Shown here one piece after another: positions 16,540 through 24,000 of a DNA stretch of 24,000 nt; within the stretch, counting starts at the first letter, position 1, and each line of letters starts with the position of its first letter. The translations under genes and the position numbers were made by a program. Source of the stretch: Xylanivirga thermophila (lineage in GTDB: Bacteria; Bacillota; Clostridia; Caldicoprobacterales; Xylanivirgaceae); the NCBI RefSeq assembly GCF_004138105.1, contig NZ_RXHQ01000012.1, forward strand, positions 52,513-76,512, read 5' to 3'. The notes beneath the pieces are model-generated. The model made no database searches. It had not been told where the DNA came from and worked only from the letters and a program-made list of their open reading frames with translations.

Positions 16540-16968
16540 CTATTCTCCCCCTGTCTGAACATTAGCATATGAAGAGATGTCTATCTTGATGTTCTCCCCA
16601 TCCTTTTTTAAATATATATAATCATATCCTATTTCATCCACTTGCCATTTGCCTTCCAGTTTATCTCCTATAGAGAGTATAAGCGACCTGTTATCAATCT
16701 CCACTATAGCCTGATCTTTTCCGTTATCAGTAATAATAGTGCCTAAAAGTTTTACAGGTGGAACAAAAGGATCTCTGATCTCTTTTTTTATCTCATTGTT
16801 TGTCTGAGGCTCTACTGAAAACTTGGCATTATCTTCATCCGTCTCAACGATATTAGGCAACCCTTCATCTATGTCCGGTACTTCAGACGGTGATTTTTCT
16901 TTGCATCCTGAAATAAATATCATAAAGCATACTGTTAAAAAAACTATAAAACATCTAATCCTCTTCAT
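16540..16968 (-). CDS. PilP-like lipoprotein
   Basis: Lipobox FISGC, then an acidic linker, then RDPFVPPVKLLGTIITDNGKDQAIVEIDNRSLILSIGDKLEGKWQVDEIGYDYIYLKKDGENIKI. This fits the PilP pattern of a DPF motif followed by a small beta-sandwich (LvG...g..ALv....g..y.v.vGd.lg...v..I....v.L). It is the first gene of the operon and lies 2 nt upstream of the N0/N1 protein. Confidence 0.6.
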   Translation of the reverse strand: MKRIRCFIVFLTVCFMIFISGCKEKSPSEVPDIDEGLPNIVETDEDNAKFSVEPQTNNEIKKEIRDPFVPPVKLLGTIITDNGKDQAIVEIDNRSLILSIGDKLEGKWQVDEIGYDYIYLKKDGENIKIDISSYANVQTGGE

Positions 16969-17158
16969 TCCCCTATAAACTCCCTCTTTATACCATAATT
17001 CAATCCTGTTTTTGGGACTTTTGCCCTATATATTTAATTATATAGTATATTTTAATATTTTAAAAGATATTATATAGAAAATTGGTTAGTAATGAACTGA
17101 GTTATATACTTATCTGTAGATTATAAATTTAAGATATTACAATATTAACGATTTATAT
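16969..17158 (-). promoter_or_regulatory. AT-rich leader/promoter region of the pilus operon (exact -35/-10 not resolved)
   Basis: A 190-nt very AT-rich gap between the Rrf2 terminator and the pilP-like ATG. Several TATAAT-like hexamers are present, for example TTCATT-16-TATAAT on the minus strand. No single convincing promoter stands out. Confidence 0.3.
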
Positions 17159-17187
17159 AAAAAAGATACCCTCTAGTTTAGGGTACC
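17159..17187 (-). terminator. Intrinsic terminator of the Rrf2 gene
   Basis: The minus-strand RNA forms GGUACCCU-aaacuag-AGGGUAUC (8 bp including one G.U) followed by UUUUUU. It lies 44 nt after the Rrf2 stop. Confidence 0.7.
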
Positions 17188-17230
17188 TATAATATTTAAA
17201 TTATAAACCGCAGGCAAATTGTCCGGTACA

Positions 17231-17668
17231 TTAATGGGCATAATCCTGCTCCTTTAACCTATAATCATCCACCAGATCCTGGAGACTTATCGAATCTACT
17301 ATATCGTTTATACTTTCGCCTATCCGCTTCCAAATATATTTTGTGACGCAACTATCATACCTATCACATTTACCAACACTCTCGTCTAGTATACAATCCA
17401 CTGGAGCAAGATCTCCTTCAAGTACCCTTAATATCTGTCCTACTGTAATATCCTGTGGAGAGGATACAAGCTCATACCCCCCCTGCATACCCCTTATACT
17501 TTTTACCAATCCCATCTTCCTTAAAGCAGAAAAAATTTGTTCTAAATATTTTTCTGATATATCTTGATTCATAGCTATATCCTTTAAAGGTATAGGTGCT
17601 TTAGGATAATGGAGAGCCAATTCAAACATTGCCCTTACTCCATACCGCCCTTTAGTCGATAATTTCAT
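17231..17668 (-). CDS. Rrf2 family transcriptional regulator with three-Cys putative Fe-S ligand set
   Basis: MKLSTKGRYGVRAM..L, a winged-helix region ISEKYLEQIFSALRKMGLVKSIRGMQGGYEL, and C92-x8-C101-x5-C107 (VDCILDESVGKCDRYDSC). Length 145 aa. Confidence 0.9.
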   Translation of the reverse strand: MKLSTKGRYGVRAMFELALHYPKAPIPLKDIAMNQDISEKYLEQIFSALRKMGLVKSIRGMQGGYELVSSPQDITVGQILRVLEGDLAPVDCILDESVGKCDRYDSCVTKYIWKRIGESINDIVDSISLQDLVDDYRLKEQDYAH

Positions 17669-17722
17669 ATTGATGTATCCACTCCTTTTGAATTCCTAGT
17701 TATCCAGTATGTTTTTTGTATT

Positions 17723-17751
17723 ATAATACTATATAAAATTAATCCTGTCAA
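17723..17751 (-). promoter_or_regulatory. Sigma-A type promoter of the Rrf2 gene
   Basis: The minus strand reads TTGACA (17751..17746) - 17 nt - TATTAT (17728..17723), about 55 nt upstream of the ATG. AAGGAGTG SD downstream. Confidence 0.55.
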
Positions 17752-18381
17752 TAAAAACATAAACTAGCTTCAATTCATGAATTGTACGATCTCGAAAACT
17801 CTGAGAGCTTTATTTCGCTATATTTCAAGGTTCAGCTTTTTAGCTTCACCCCTATTTTTGCTTAATTTAAGCTTTAAAATTTCCAACAAAAACTTACTTA
17901 TTGCTAAAATTGTCTTCATCCCAAGCTTTAATTTCTATAGGCTATCCCCCACTTATTTTTTTAGATGCTAAATCCCTATCAAAGAAATATAAGACTTGCT
18001 AGATATAACAGGTGGTGGTATGATTAGGATGGAATAGTAATATTTTGATATCCATAGTAATTGAAATTCGATTTTAAAATAGACATTGAACATGTGCACA
18101 AGAATAACTGTGATACCACCTATTCATTTTAATATATCACAATAGCAGGAAAATTATTATTAGTATTCTTTAACCAGCATACAAAACCATGCTTCTTTAG
18201 CATTATTTAATTGTAGAGATGAGCAATCGATGAATAGAAAAATATGGTGAGCACATATGAAAGTACAACAGACGGCTTATATCAAGGAACAACTTATATG
18301 CATAGATATTTAAGCGATGTTGTTAACAGATATACACCAATAAAAAAGTAATTAAATATTTATATCGAAAGGGAATTATAA

Positions 18382-18933
18382 ATGATAAGTAATAACAAGT
18401 GCACAAGCATAAATATAATTTTATTGATGACTATATCTATCCTAGCTTTCTCACTGATGGGTTGCCAAAAATCGCCGAAGGATTCTAGTACTAAGATAGA
18501 TTCTCAACCAGATACCTTGACAGCAGAATTTTTAGAGAAATACTCAGGCTATTTTGATGATAGATGGGTACCTAGCAAAATACTAAATTATAGAGAAGAG
18601 GGAGAATTTGCAATTGAGGATTTTGAAAATCATATCATGGGATATATCCAAAAAGTAGGAAATAACACGATTAAGGTCGATGATGTAGAATGGATATTAG
18701 ATAAAAAGGAGCCTAACGGTTTTCGCATTAAAAATAATAGTGATAATATAGTAGAATACAAATTAGATGATAATTGCAGGATATGGCTTCTAGCCGATTC
18801 AGCTACAATGTATCAGATCTCTCTACTAGATTTAAAAAGGTATTTTGAAAAACATGATTATGAAAGTAAAATTTGGCATTTTTCCATAGTAGATGACAAA
18901 ATAATGTATATAGTAGAACAGTATAGACCGTGA
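18382..18933 (+). CDS. Hypothetical lipoprotein
   Basis: The only credible + strand ORF. Signal peptide with lipobox AFSLMGC, then a Ser/Asp/Pro-rich linker, then a ~140-aa domain I do not recognise. The SD is weak (AAGGGA). It is visibly more AT-rich than the neighbouring genes. Confidence 0.55.
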   Translation: MISNNKCTSINIILLMTISILAFSLMGCQKSPKDSSTKIDSQPDTLTAEFLEKYSGYFDDRWVPSKILNYREEGEFAIEDFENHIMGYIQKVGNNTIKVDDVEWILDKKEPNGFRIKNNSDNIVEYKLDDNCRIWLLADSATMYQISLLDLKRYFEKHDYESKIWHFSIVDDKIMYIVEQYRP

Positions 18934-19110
18934 CCTTGCCAACAGGATACTTGGTACAAAATTGAATTTTTCATTCAATTGATTTAGCATATTTGTCCTT
19001 GTAGTCATCTTTTTTGTTAGCCTATCAGTGCTTATATGCCTTTAAAAAACTCATATTGCCCAGCCTATAGCAAACTTTCACTACCAAGTTAATATCTATG
19101 TTAAACACAC

Positions 19111-19155
19111 AAAAAGCTATAGGTGATGAATTTTAACACCGCCTATAGCTTTTTT
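19111..19155. terminator. Bidirectional intrinsic terminator between convergent lipoprotein gene and pepF
   Basis: AAAAA-GCTATAGG...CCTATAGC-TTTTTT. The stem 19116-19123 / 19142-19149 is perfect and extendable. An A-tract and a T-tract flank it, so it can act on both strands. It ends 5 nt from the pepF stop. Confidence 0.7.
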
Positions 19156-19159
19156 ACAT

Positions 19160-20959
19160 CTATATAAGTAAATCTAATTCATCAACAAACTTATCAAACA
19201 TATCTATAGCTTCATCTATAGGTCTAGGCGTTGACACATCCACCCCAGCTCTCTTTAATAGCTCAACTGGATAATCAGATCCTCCACTCGATAAGAACTC
19301 TATATATTGATCAACTGCACCTTCTTTTCCATCCAGTATCCCCTTAGCTAAGGTCGATGCTGCAGAAAAACCTATGGCATATTTGTAGACATAAAAAGAG
19401 GAATAGAAATGGGGAATTCGAGCCCATTCCATCGCTATCTCTTTATCTATTACAATATTATCTCCATGATATTTCTTATTCAGATCGTAATATATGCTGC
19501 ATAGATTCTCACAGGTCAGAGGGGTACCAGCTAAGATTTCACCATGTACTATGCGCTCAAATTCTGCAAACATAGTTTGTCTAAATACAGTACCTTTAAA
19601 TCCCTCTAGATAGTTATTTATGATATATGCTCTAGTCGCCCTGTCATCTATAGTGTCGAGAAGATAGTGAGTTAAAAGTATCTCATTTAAAGTGGATGCC
19701 ACCTCTGCAACAAAGATCCTATAGCCTGCAAGTGGATAGGGCTGATTCTTATTTGAATGGTAGCTGTGCATGGCATGCCCCATCTCGTGTGCCAGTGTAA
19801 ATACACTATTTAGATTATCTTGATAGCTCATAAGTACATAGGGGTGGGTATCATAACAACCCCAAGAGTATGCACCACTGGTCTTTCCTATGTTTTCATA
19901 CGTGTCTATCCAACCGGCATCAAAACCCTCTTTTAGTATCTCTATATACTTCTCTCCTAGTGGCTCCAGTGCCTTTGCAACCATATCTTTAGCCTCTTCA
20001 TAGCAGATCTTCATATCCACATCCTCTACAAAAGGGACATATATATCATACATGTGTAACTCGTCTAGCCCCAGTGCACGCTTCCTGAGATCTAGATATC
20101 TATACATGGACCCTAAGTTGTCCTCCACCGTCTCTATCAGTCTATCATATACCTCTACCTTCACATTATCTCCAGACAGAGCCGCCTCAAGACTTGAATT
20201 ATATCTTCTAGTATTAGATATAAACATATCCTTTTTGAGGTTGGATACAAATGTGGTCGCCAAGGTGTTCCTCTGCTTGCCATAGGTATCATATAGCGCC
20301 CTAAAGGCGTCTTCTCTAACTCTTCTATCTTTGCTCTCTAGGAAGGCTATATATCTGCCCTTAGTTAGCTCCACCTCTTCCCCATCTTCATCTTTAATAT
20401 GTGGGAACTTTATATCTGCATCGTTTATCATAGAGAATATTTGTGCCGGCGCATCGCATACTTCCCCCGCCATAGCAAGTATCTGCTCCTCTTCGGGCGA
20501 GAGCACATGAGCTTTTTCCCTAAGTATTTCATTTAGAAACTGCCTATATACATCAAAACCTCTATCTTCTTTGACCCATCCCTTGAGCACTTCCTCATCT
20601 ATTGTTAGTATCTCTGGTACTATATAGGAAGACGCACTTCCAAACTCGACCAATAAGGTCTGTGCCCTATCGCTGAGAGCCTGATATTTCGAATTTGAAT
20701 TATCCTCATCCTTTCTCATTCGGGCATAGACAAATAACCTCTCTAATATACGCTGGGTTTCATAATAGTGATTGAGCGCCTCTAGAAGTTCATGAGCATC
20801 AGAGCTCAACCTATCTCTATAGCCCTCTATCTCTGATATTGCAGATTTCGCCGCCTGGTAATCCTCTTCCCATTTGCCCTCATTAGAGTATATATCTTCT
20901 AGCTTCCACTTAAATTTATTGTCTATCTCATCTCTCCTAGGCAATACATTATTTGACAA
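19160..20959 (-). CDS. pepF: Oligoendopeptidase F (M3B family metallopeptidase)
   Basis: 599 aa. The N-terminus LPRRDEIDNKFKWKLEDIY is typical of PepF. Zinc motif TLAHEMGHAMH with downstream EVAS. TTG start with GGAGAGGGA SD 7 nt upstream. Confidence 0.9.
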   Translation of the reverse strand: MSNNVLPRRDEIDNKFKWKLEDIYSNEGKWEEDYQAAKSAISEIEGYRDRLSSDAHELLEALNHYYETQRILERLFVYARMRKDEDNSNSKYQALSDRAQTLLVEFGSASSYIVPEILTIDEEVLKGWVKEDRGFDVYRQFLNEILREKAHVLSPEEEQILAMAGEVCDAPAQIFSMINDADIKFPHIKDEDGEEVELTKGRYIAFLESKDRRVREDAFRALYDTYGKQRNTLATTFVSNLKKDMFISNTRRYNSSLEAALSGDNVKVEVYDRLIETVEDNLGSMYRYLDLRKRALGLDELHMYDIYVPFVEDVDMKICYEEAKDMVAKALEPLGEKYIEILKEGFDAGWIDTYENIGKTSGAYSWGCYDTHPYVLMSYQDNLNSVFTLAHEMGHAMHSYHSNKNQPYPLAGYRIFVAEVASTLNEILLTHYLLDTIDDRATRAYIINNYLEGFKGTVFRQTMFAEFERIVHGEILAGTPLTCENLCSIYYDLNKKYHGDNIVIDKEIAMEWARIPHFYSSFYVYKYAIGFSAASTLAKGILDGKEGAVDQYIEFLSSGGSDYPVELLKRAGVDVSTPRPIDEAIDMFDKFVDELDLLI

Positions 20960-21016
20960 ATTACCATCCCTCTCCTCTTGTGCTTTAATTTACTATATTC
21001 TATACATTATAATAAG

Positions 21017-21046
21017 ATTTTATCATAAATACTAATTTTCATGCAA
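21017..21046 (-). promoter_or_regulatory. Candidate sigma-A promoter for pepF
   Basis: The minus strand reads TTGCAT (21046..21041) - 18 nt - TAAAAT (21022..21017), about 60 nt upstream of the pepF start. Confidence 0.35.
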
Positions 21047-21185
21047 CGATAACCTTATAGTTCTGCGATTCATAATTTTAAAATAAATAATACAATATAA
21101 ATTGAGGCACATTAAAATGCAAAACATACAAAAAGCTAAAAGATGGTATAGATGATTATATTTATTTTTATGACTATAAGAAATT

Positions 21186-21218
21186 ACAAAAAGACAGCTA
21201 GTTTAAAACTAGCTGTCT
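21186..21218 (-). terminator. Intrinsic terminator of the GH94 gene (stem includes its stop codon)
   Basis: Perfect 12-bp palindrome AGACAGCTAGTT/AACTAGCTGTCT (21192-21218) followed on the minus strand by UUUUUGUAAUUU. The last codons GAC AGC TAG lie within the 5' arm. Confidence 0.75.
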
Positions 21219-24000
21219 CCCATCACTATATTTACTTCATGGCTACAGCCATCATCGATCAAGGGTATAAAATCTTGATCTATAACATCTCCATCCACTT
21301 CTATCCTTTCAACTCCATAGACTACATGGTTGAAATTCTGTACCTTTATCTCATAGATAGATTTTCCATATCTATATACTATGCTAAATTTAGACCACTC
21401 AGAAGGTATACATGGATTTATTATAAGTTTATCCTCTATCTTTTTAAAACCTAATATTCCTTCCAAAGCAACCTTATAGGCCCAGGAAGCCGATCCAGTA
21501 TACCATGTCCATCCTCCCCTGCCTTCATTGGGTGGATAGGAATATACATCTGCCGCTACTACATAGGGCTCCACTTTGTATCTATTACATTCCATAAGCG
21601 TTCGGGTATGGTTTATGGGATTTAGCATATGAAAAAGCCTTTCTGCCTTATCCCCTTTTCCCATCTTTGCAAATGCCCATATCGCCCACATAGCGGCATG
21701 GGTATACTGCCCTCCATTCTCCCTTACACCTGGTACATATCCTTTTATATATCCAGGCTCTAATTCTGACTTCTCAAAAGGAGGAGTTAAAAGCCTTATA
21801 ATACCCAATTCCCTATCCACAAGATAATGTTCCATGGACCGCATGGCTTCATTTACCCGGGCAGATCTTCCCCCACCTGATATAACACTCCATGACTGGG
21901 ATATAGAATCTATTTGACACTCCTCATTTTGTTCCGAGCCAAGGGGAGTACCATCATCAAAATACGCCCTCCTATACCACCCTCCATCCCAGGCATTTTT
22001 CTCTACAGCTTCTAAGAGTTTTTTTGATGTATCTTGGTACCTTTCTCCATTTGCATTATCATTTACCCTGTAACATATGGGAATAAAACGATTGAGTACT
22101 GCATATAAAAACCAACCTAACCATACACTCTGACCCTTGCCTTCTATGCCCACCTTGTCCATACCATCATTCCAGTCCCCTCCGCCCATGAGTGGTAATC
22201 CCTTATCTCCAAATTGAAGCGATATATCTATTGCCTGTAGGCAATGTTGATATAGTGTTGCCTTTGCCGAGGATATCTCAGGTACTGAATATCTATCATG
22301 TTCATCATCCCTTAATGGTTCATCCACTAAAAAGGCAATTTCCTCATTTAATATATCATAATCTCCCGTAACTTCCATATATTCAGCCACTACATATGGC
22401 AAAAACAGTCTGTCGTCTGTTATTCTGGTGCGAACCCCTTTAAATGGTGAATGCCACCAATGCTGCACATCTCCCTGGGTAAATTGGTGACTAGCGTGCA
22501 GTAATATCTGCCTACGTGCTGCATCCGGGTCAATATATAAAATGGCAAGTATATCCTGAAGCTGATCTCTAAAACCGTATGCTCCTCCTGCTTGATAGAA
22601 CGAAGTTCTACCCCATAATCTGGATACTATCGTTTGATACATAAGCCATCCATTTAGCATTATATCCATGGAGCTATCTGGAGTTGATACGCTTATGGCA
22701 CCCAATTTATCCTGCCAAAATGCCTTAACATGCTCTAGGCTTTCATCCACCTTATTTATATCCCTATAGGTATCTACTATTTTCTTTATACCGCCCATAG
22801 ATTCTTCCTGACCTAACATAAATACTACTCTCTCCGATGAGTTTGGAGGTATCTCCACAATTACCTGCACTGCCCCGCAGCTATCATACCCTCCGCCTGT
22901 TCTACCAGACAGGCAAGTTCGCTTTAGCGCTGCTGGATTTTCATAATTTTTATTTCGGCCTATAAACTCCATCCTATCACCTGTATAACATGCGATAGGC
23001 TTGTTTGAAGATAAAAACGCTATATTTCCTGCAAAATCCTGATTATATGCATTGGTAGCACATAATATGGAGTTTTGCCCATCCCACTGGGTAGTTATAA
23101 ACTTACCTGTTTCCTCACGATTTACTCCAAGTACCCATTCAGCATAATAGGTAAGGCTAATACGCCTACGTACATTGGCAGTATTATTTAGGGATATGGA
23201 TACAATCTTTACAGAATTGTTTATTGGTACAAACATAGTCTCATAGGCCTCTATACCATAGCTATATGATTGAAAAGACGAGTAACCCCATCCATATCTT
23301 ACAACACAACTATCACCTGATGGGATCGGGTTAGGAGTTATAGTCCATATATCTCCAGTATACTCATCCCTCAAATATACTACCTCACCAGGAGTATCCA
23401 GTACAGCATCATTTGACCATGGAGTAAGTTTGTTTTGTCTGCTGTTTTTATGCCATGTATAACCTCCTCCAAGTTCAGTTGTCAAAAATCCGAATTCCTC
23501 ATTTGCTATGATATTGCTCCAAGGTAGAGGGCATCTAATGTTTTGCTTCAATAACATTATATACTCCCTCCCATCCTTCGAAAATCCTCCTAAGCCGTTA
23601 AAGAATAATAAATCCGAGGGTTTAGGTAGATACCTTTTCTCTGTATACGCCCTAGCAGCATATATACTTGCAAGCCTTGAAGGGGTGAATACCTTGGGTA
23701 ACAACTCATTAGCTCTAGTCATATTTAGTTGATCAGAAAGCCCACCTTCTCCACCATAAAATACTAAGCTAGCAAACGTCATTATAAGGGTTTTATCTTC
23801 ATCAGAAATAATATTATCCTGTAAAACAAATACTCCTCCCCTTTTACCTTGCAATTCCCTTGCATGACTCACCGATACCATATCTATAATATTGTCCTGA
23901 ACTGGCTGCTCATAGCTATTTCCATAGCTGTTTATAAACAAAAGATCCATCTCTATACCTTTTAATCTTAGATATTCATGGGCAGTTAGCAAACTTTTTA
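21209..24000 (-). CDS. GH94 family glycoside phosphorylase-like protein (cellobiose/beta-1,2-glucan phosphorylase or cyclic glucan synthase-type), C-terminal >927 aa; the 5' end lies beyond the right edge
   Basis: GH94 catalytic-domain hallmarks are present: GFRDQLQD, GGGDWNDGMD, ENGGQYTHAAMWA and WTWYTGSASW. The reading frame stays open to position 24000, so the track's TTG start at 23992 is an artefact. More than 927 aa plus upstream sequence exceeds plain cellobiose phosphorylase size, so a larger multidomain member is likely. Confidence 0.8.
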   Translation of the reverse strand, partial: KSLLTAHEYLRLKGIEMDLLFINSYGNSYEQPVQDNIIDMVSVSHARELQGKRGGVFVLQDNIISDEDKTLIMTFASLVFYGGEGGLSDQLNMTRANELLPKVFTPSRLASIYAARAYTEKRYLPKPSDLLFFNGLGGFSKDGREYIMLLKQNIRCPLPWSNIIANEEFGFLTTELGGGYTWHKNSRQNKLTPWSNDAVLDTPGEVVYLRDEYTGDIWTITPNPIPSGDSCVVRYGWGYSSFQSYSYGIEAYETMFVPINNSVKIVSISLNNTANVRRRISLTYYAEWVLGVNREETGKFITTQWDGQNSILCATNAYNQDFAGNIAFLSSNKPIACYTGDRMEFIGRNKNYENPAALKRTCLSGRTGGGYDSCGAVQVIVEIPPNSSERVVFMLGQEESMGGIKKIVDTYRDINKVDESLEHVKAFWQDKLGAISVSTPDSSMDIMLNGWLMYQTIVSRLWGRTSFYQAGGAYGFRDQLQDILAILYIDPDAARRQILLHASHQFTQGDVQHWWHSPFKGVRTRITDDRLFLPYVVAEYMEVTGDYDILNEEIAFLVDEPLRDDEHDRYSVPEISSAKATLYQHCLQAIDISLQFGDKGLPLMGGGDWNDGMDKVGIEGKGQSVWLGWFLYAVLNRFIPICYRVNDNANGERYQDTSKKLLEAVEKNAWDGGWYRRAYFDDGTPLGSEQNEECQIDSISQSWSVISGGGRSARVNEAMRSMEHYLVDRELGIIRLLTPPFEKSELEPGYIKGYVPGVRENGGQYTHAAMWAIWAFAKMGKGDKAERLFHMLNPINHTRTLMECNRYKVEPYVVAADVYSYPPNEGRGGWTWYTGSASWAYKVALEGILGFKKIEDKLIINPCIPSEWSKFSIVYRYGKSIYEIKVQNFNHVVYGVERIEVDGDVIDQDFIPLIDDGCSHEVNIVMGDS

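Noticed and set aside
16969-17158. Looked for a c-di-GMP riboswitch or other structured leader upstream of the pilus operon, as found upstream of pilA1 in C. difficile. Also noticed a 9-bp direct repeat AAGATATTA at 17064-17072 and 17131-17139.
   Set aside because: The region is almost pure A/T and has only one trivial GGGC..GUCCC mini-hairpin, with none of the GC-rich conserved helices of GEMM-type riboswitches. The 9-mer repeat is plausible by chance in such AT-rich sequence.
17771-17784. Perfect 14-bp palindrome CAATTCATGAATTG about 20 bp upstream of the Rrf2 -35 box, a possible operator.
   Set aside because: A 7+7 palindrome is expected roughly once by chance in 24 kb of AT-rich DNA. There is no second copy and no match to a known Rrf2 box that I can assert.
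17777-17971. 64-aa + strand ORF in the Rrf2/lipoprotein gap.
   Set aside because: The product is a low-complexity Phe/Leu/Ser-rich peptide, there is no SD, and it starts inside the divergent promoter region. It is most likely spurious.
18244-18351. 35-codon ORF (MVSTYESTTDGLYQGTTYMHRYLSDVVNRYTPIKK) just upstream of the lipoprotein gene.
   Set aside because: It has no SD and is too short to evaluate. It could be a pseudogene fragment or chance, so I mention it only under the gap finding.
23990-24000. ORF-track start (TTG at 23992) for the GH94 protein.
   Set aside because: The frame has no stop between 23992 and the window edge, and the protein at this point is mid-domain. The gene is truncated by the window and does not start here.
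1-24000. Scanned for tRNA/rRNA genes, CRISPR arrays, IS/transposase or integrase genes, phage genes, toxin-antitoxin or defence-system genes, and a full-length secretin.
   Set aside because: None was found. All ORFs over 100 aa are accounted for by the features listed, and no spaced direct-repeat arrays or terminal inverted repeats flanking a transposase are visible.

Overview
AT-rich, tightly packed window that is almost entirely minus-strand. By gene content it looks like chromosome from a spore-forming low-GC Firmicute (Clostridia-like): cdaA-cdaR, cwlD, Cys-free pilins. In + coordinates, left to right: (i) the cdaA/cdaR c-di-AMP module, with cdaR running off the left edge; (ii) a two-gene AmmeMemoRadiSam module, a radical SAM enzyme plus a fused Memo/LigB-like::AMMECR1 protein; (iii) cwlD; (iv) a ~12.3 kb type IV pilus (T4P) operon transcribed right to left (16968 -> 4682). 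Its gene order is PilP-like lipoprotein, LysM + secretin-N0/N1-like protein, pilT, pilC, pilM, pilN, pilO, pilB, three minor pilins (a 557-aa PilV-like, a small E5 pilin, a 486-aa GspK/PilX-like), major pilin, pilD; (v) an orphan Rrf2 regulator with its own promoter and terminator; (vi) a 0.7 kb gap with no convincing gene, then the only + strand gene, an orphan lipoprotein; (vii) pepF; (viii) the C-terminal >927 aa of a large GH94 protein that runs off the right edge. No tRNA, rRNA, CRISPR or IS element was seen. The most interesting signal is at the head of the pilus operon. A PilP-like lipoprotein is followed by a secreted protein whose layout (LysM - N0 - N1) mirrors the periplasmic part of the PilQ secretin but has no beta-barrel pore domain. 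That suggests a secretin-less, peptidoglycan-anchored PilP/PilQ-N module in a Gram-positive-type T4P machine. All family assignments come from reading motifs by eye. No database search was run.
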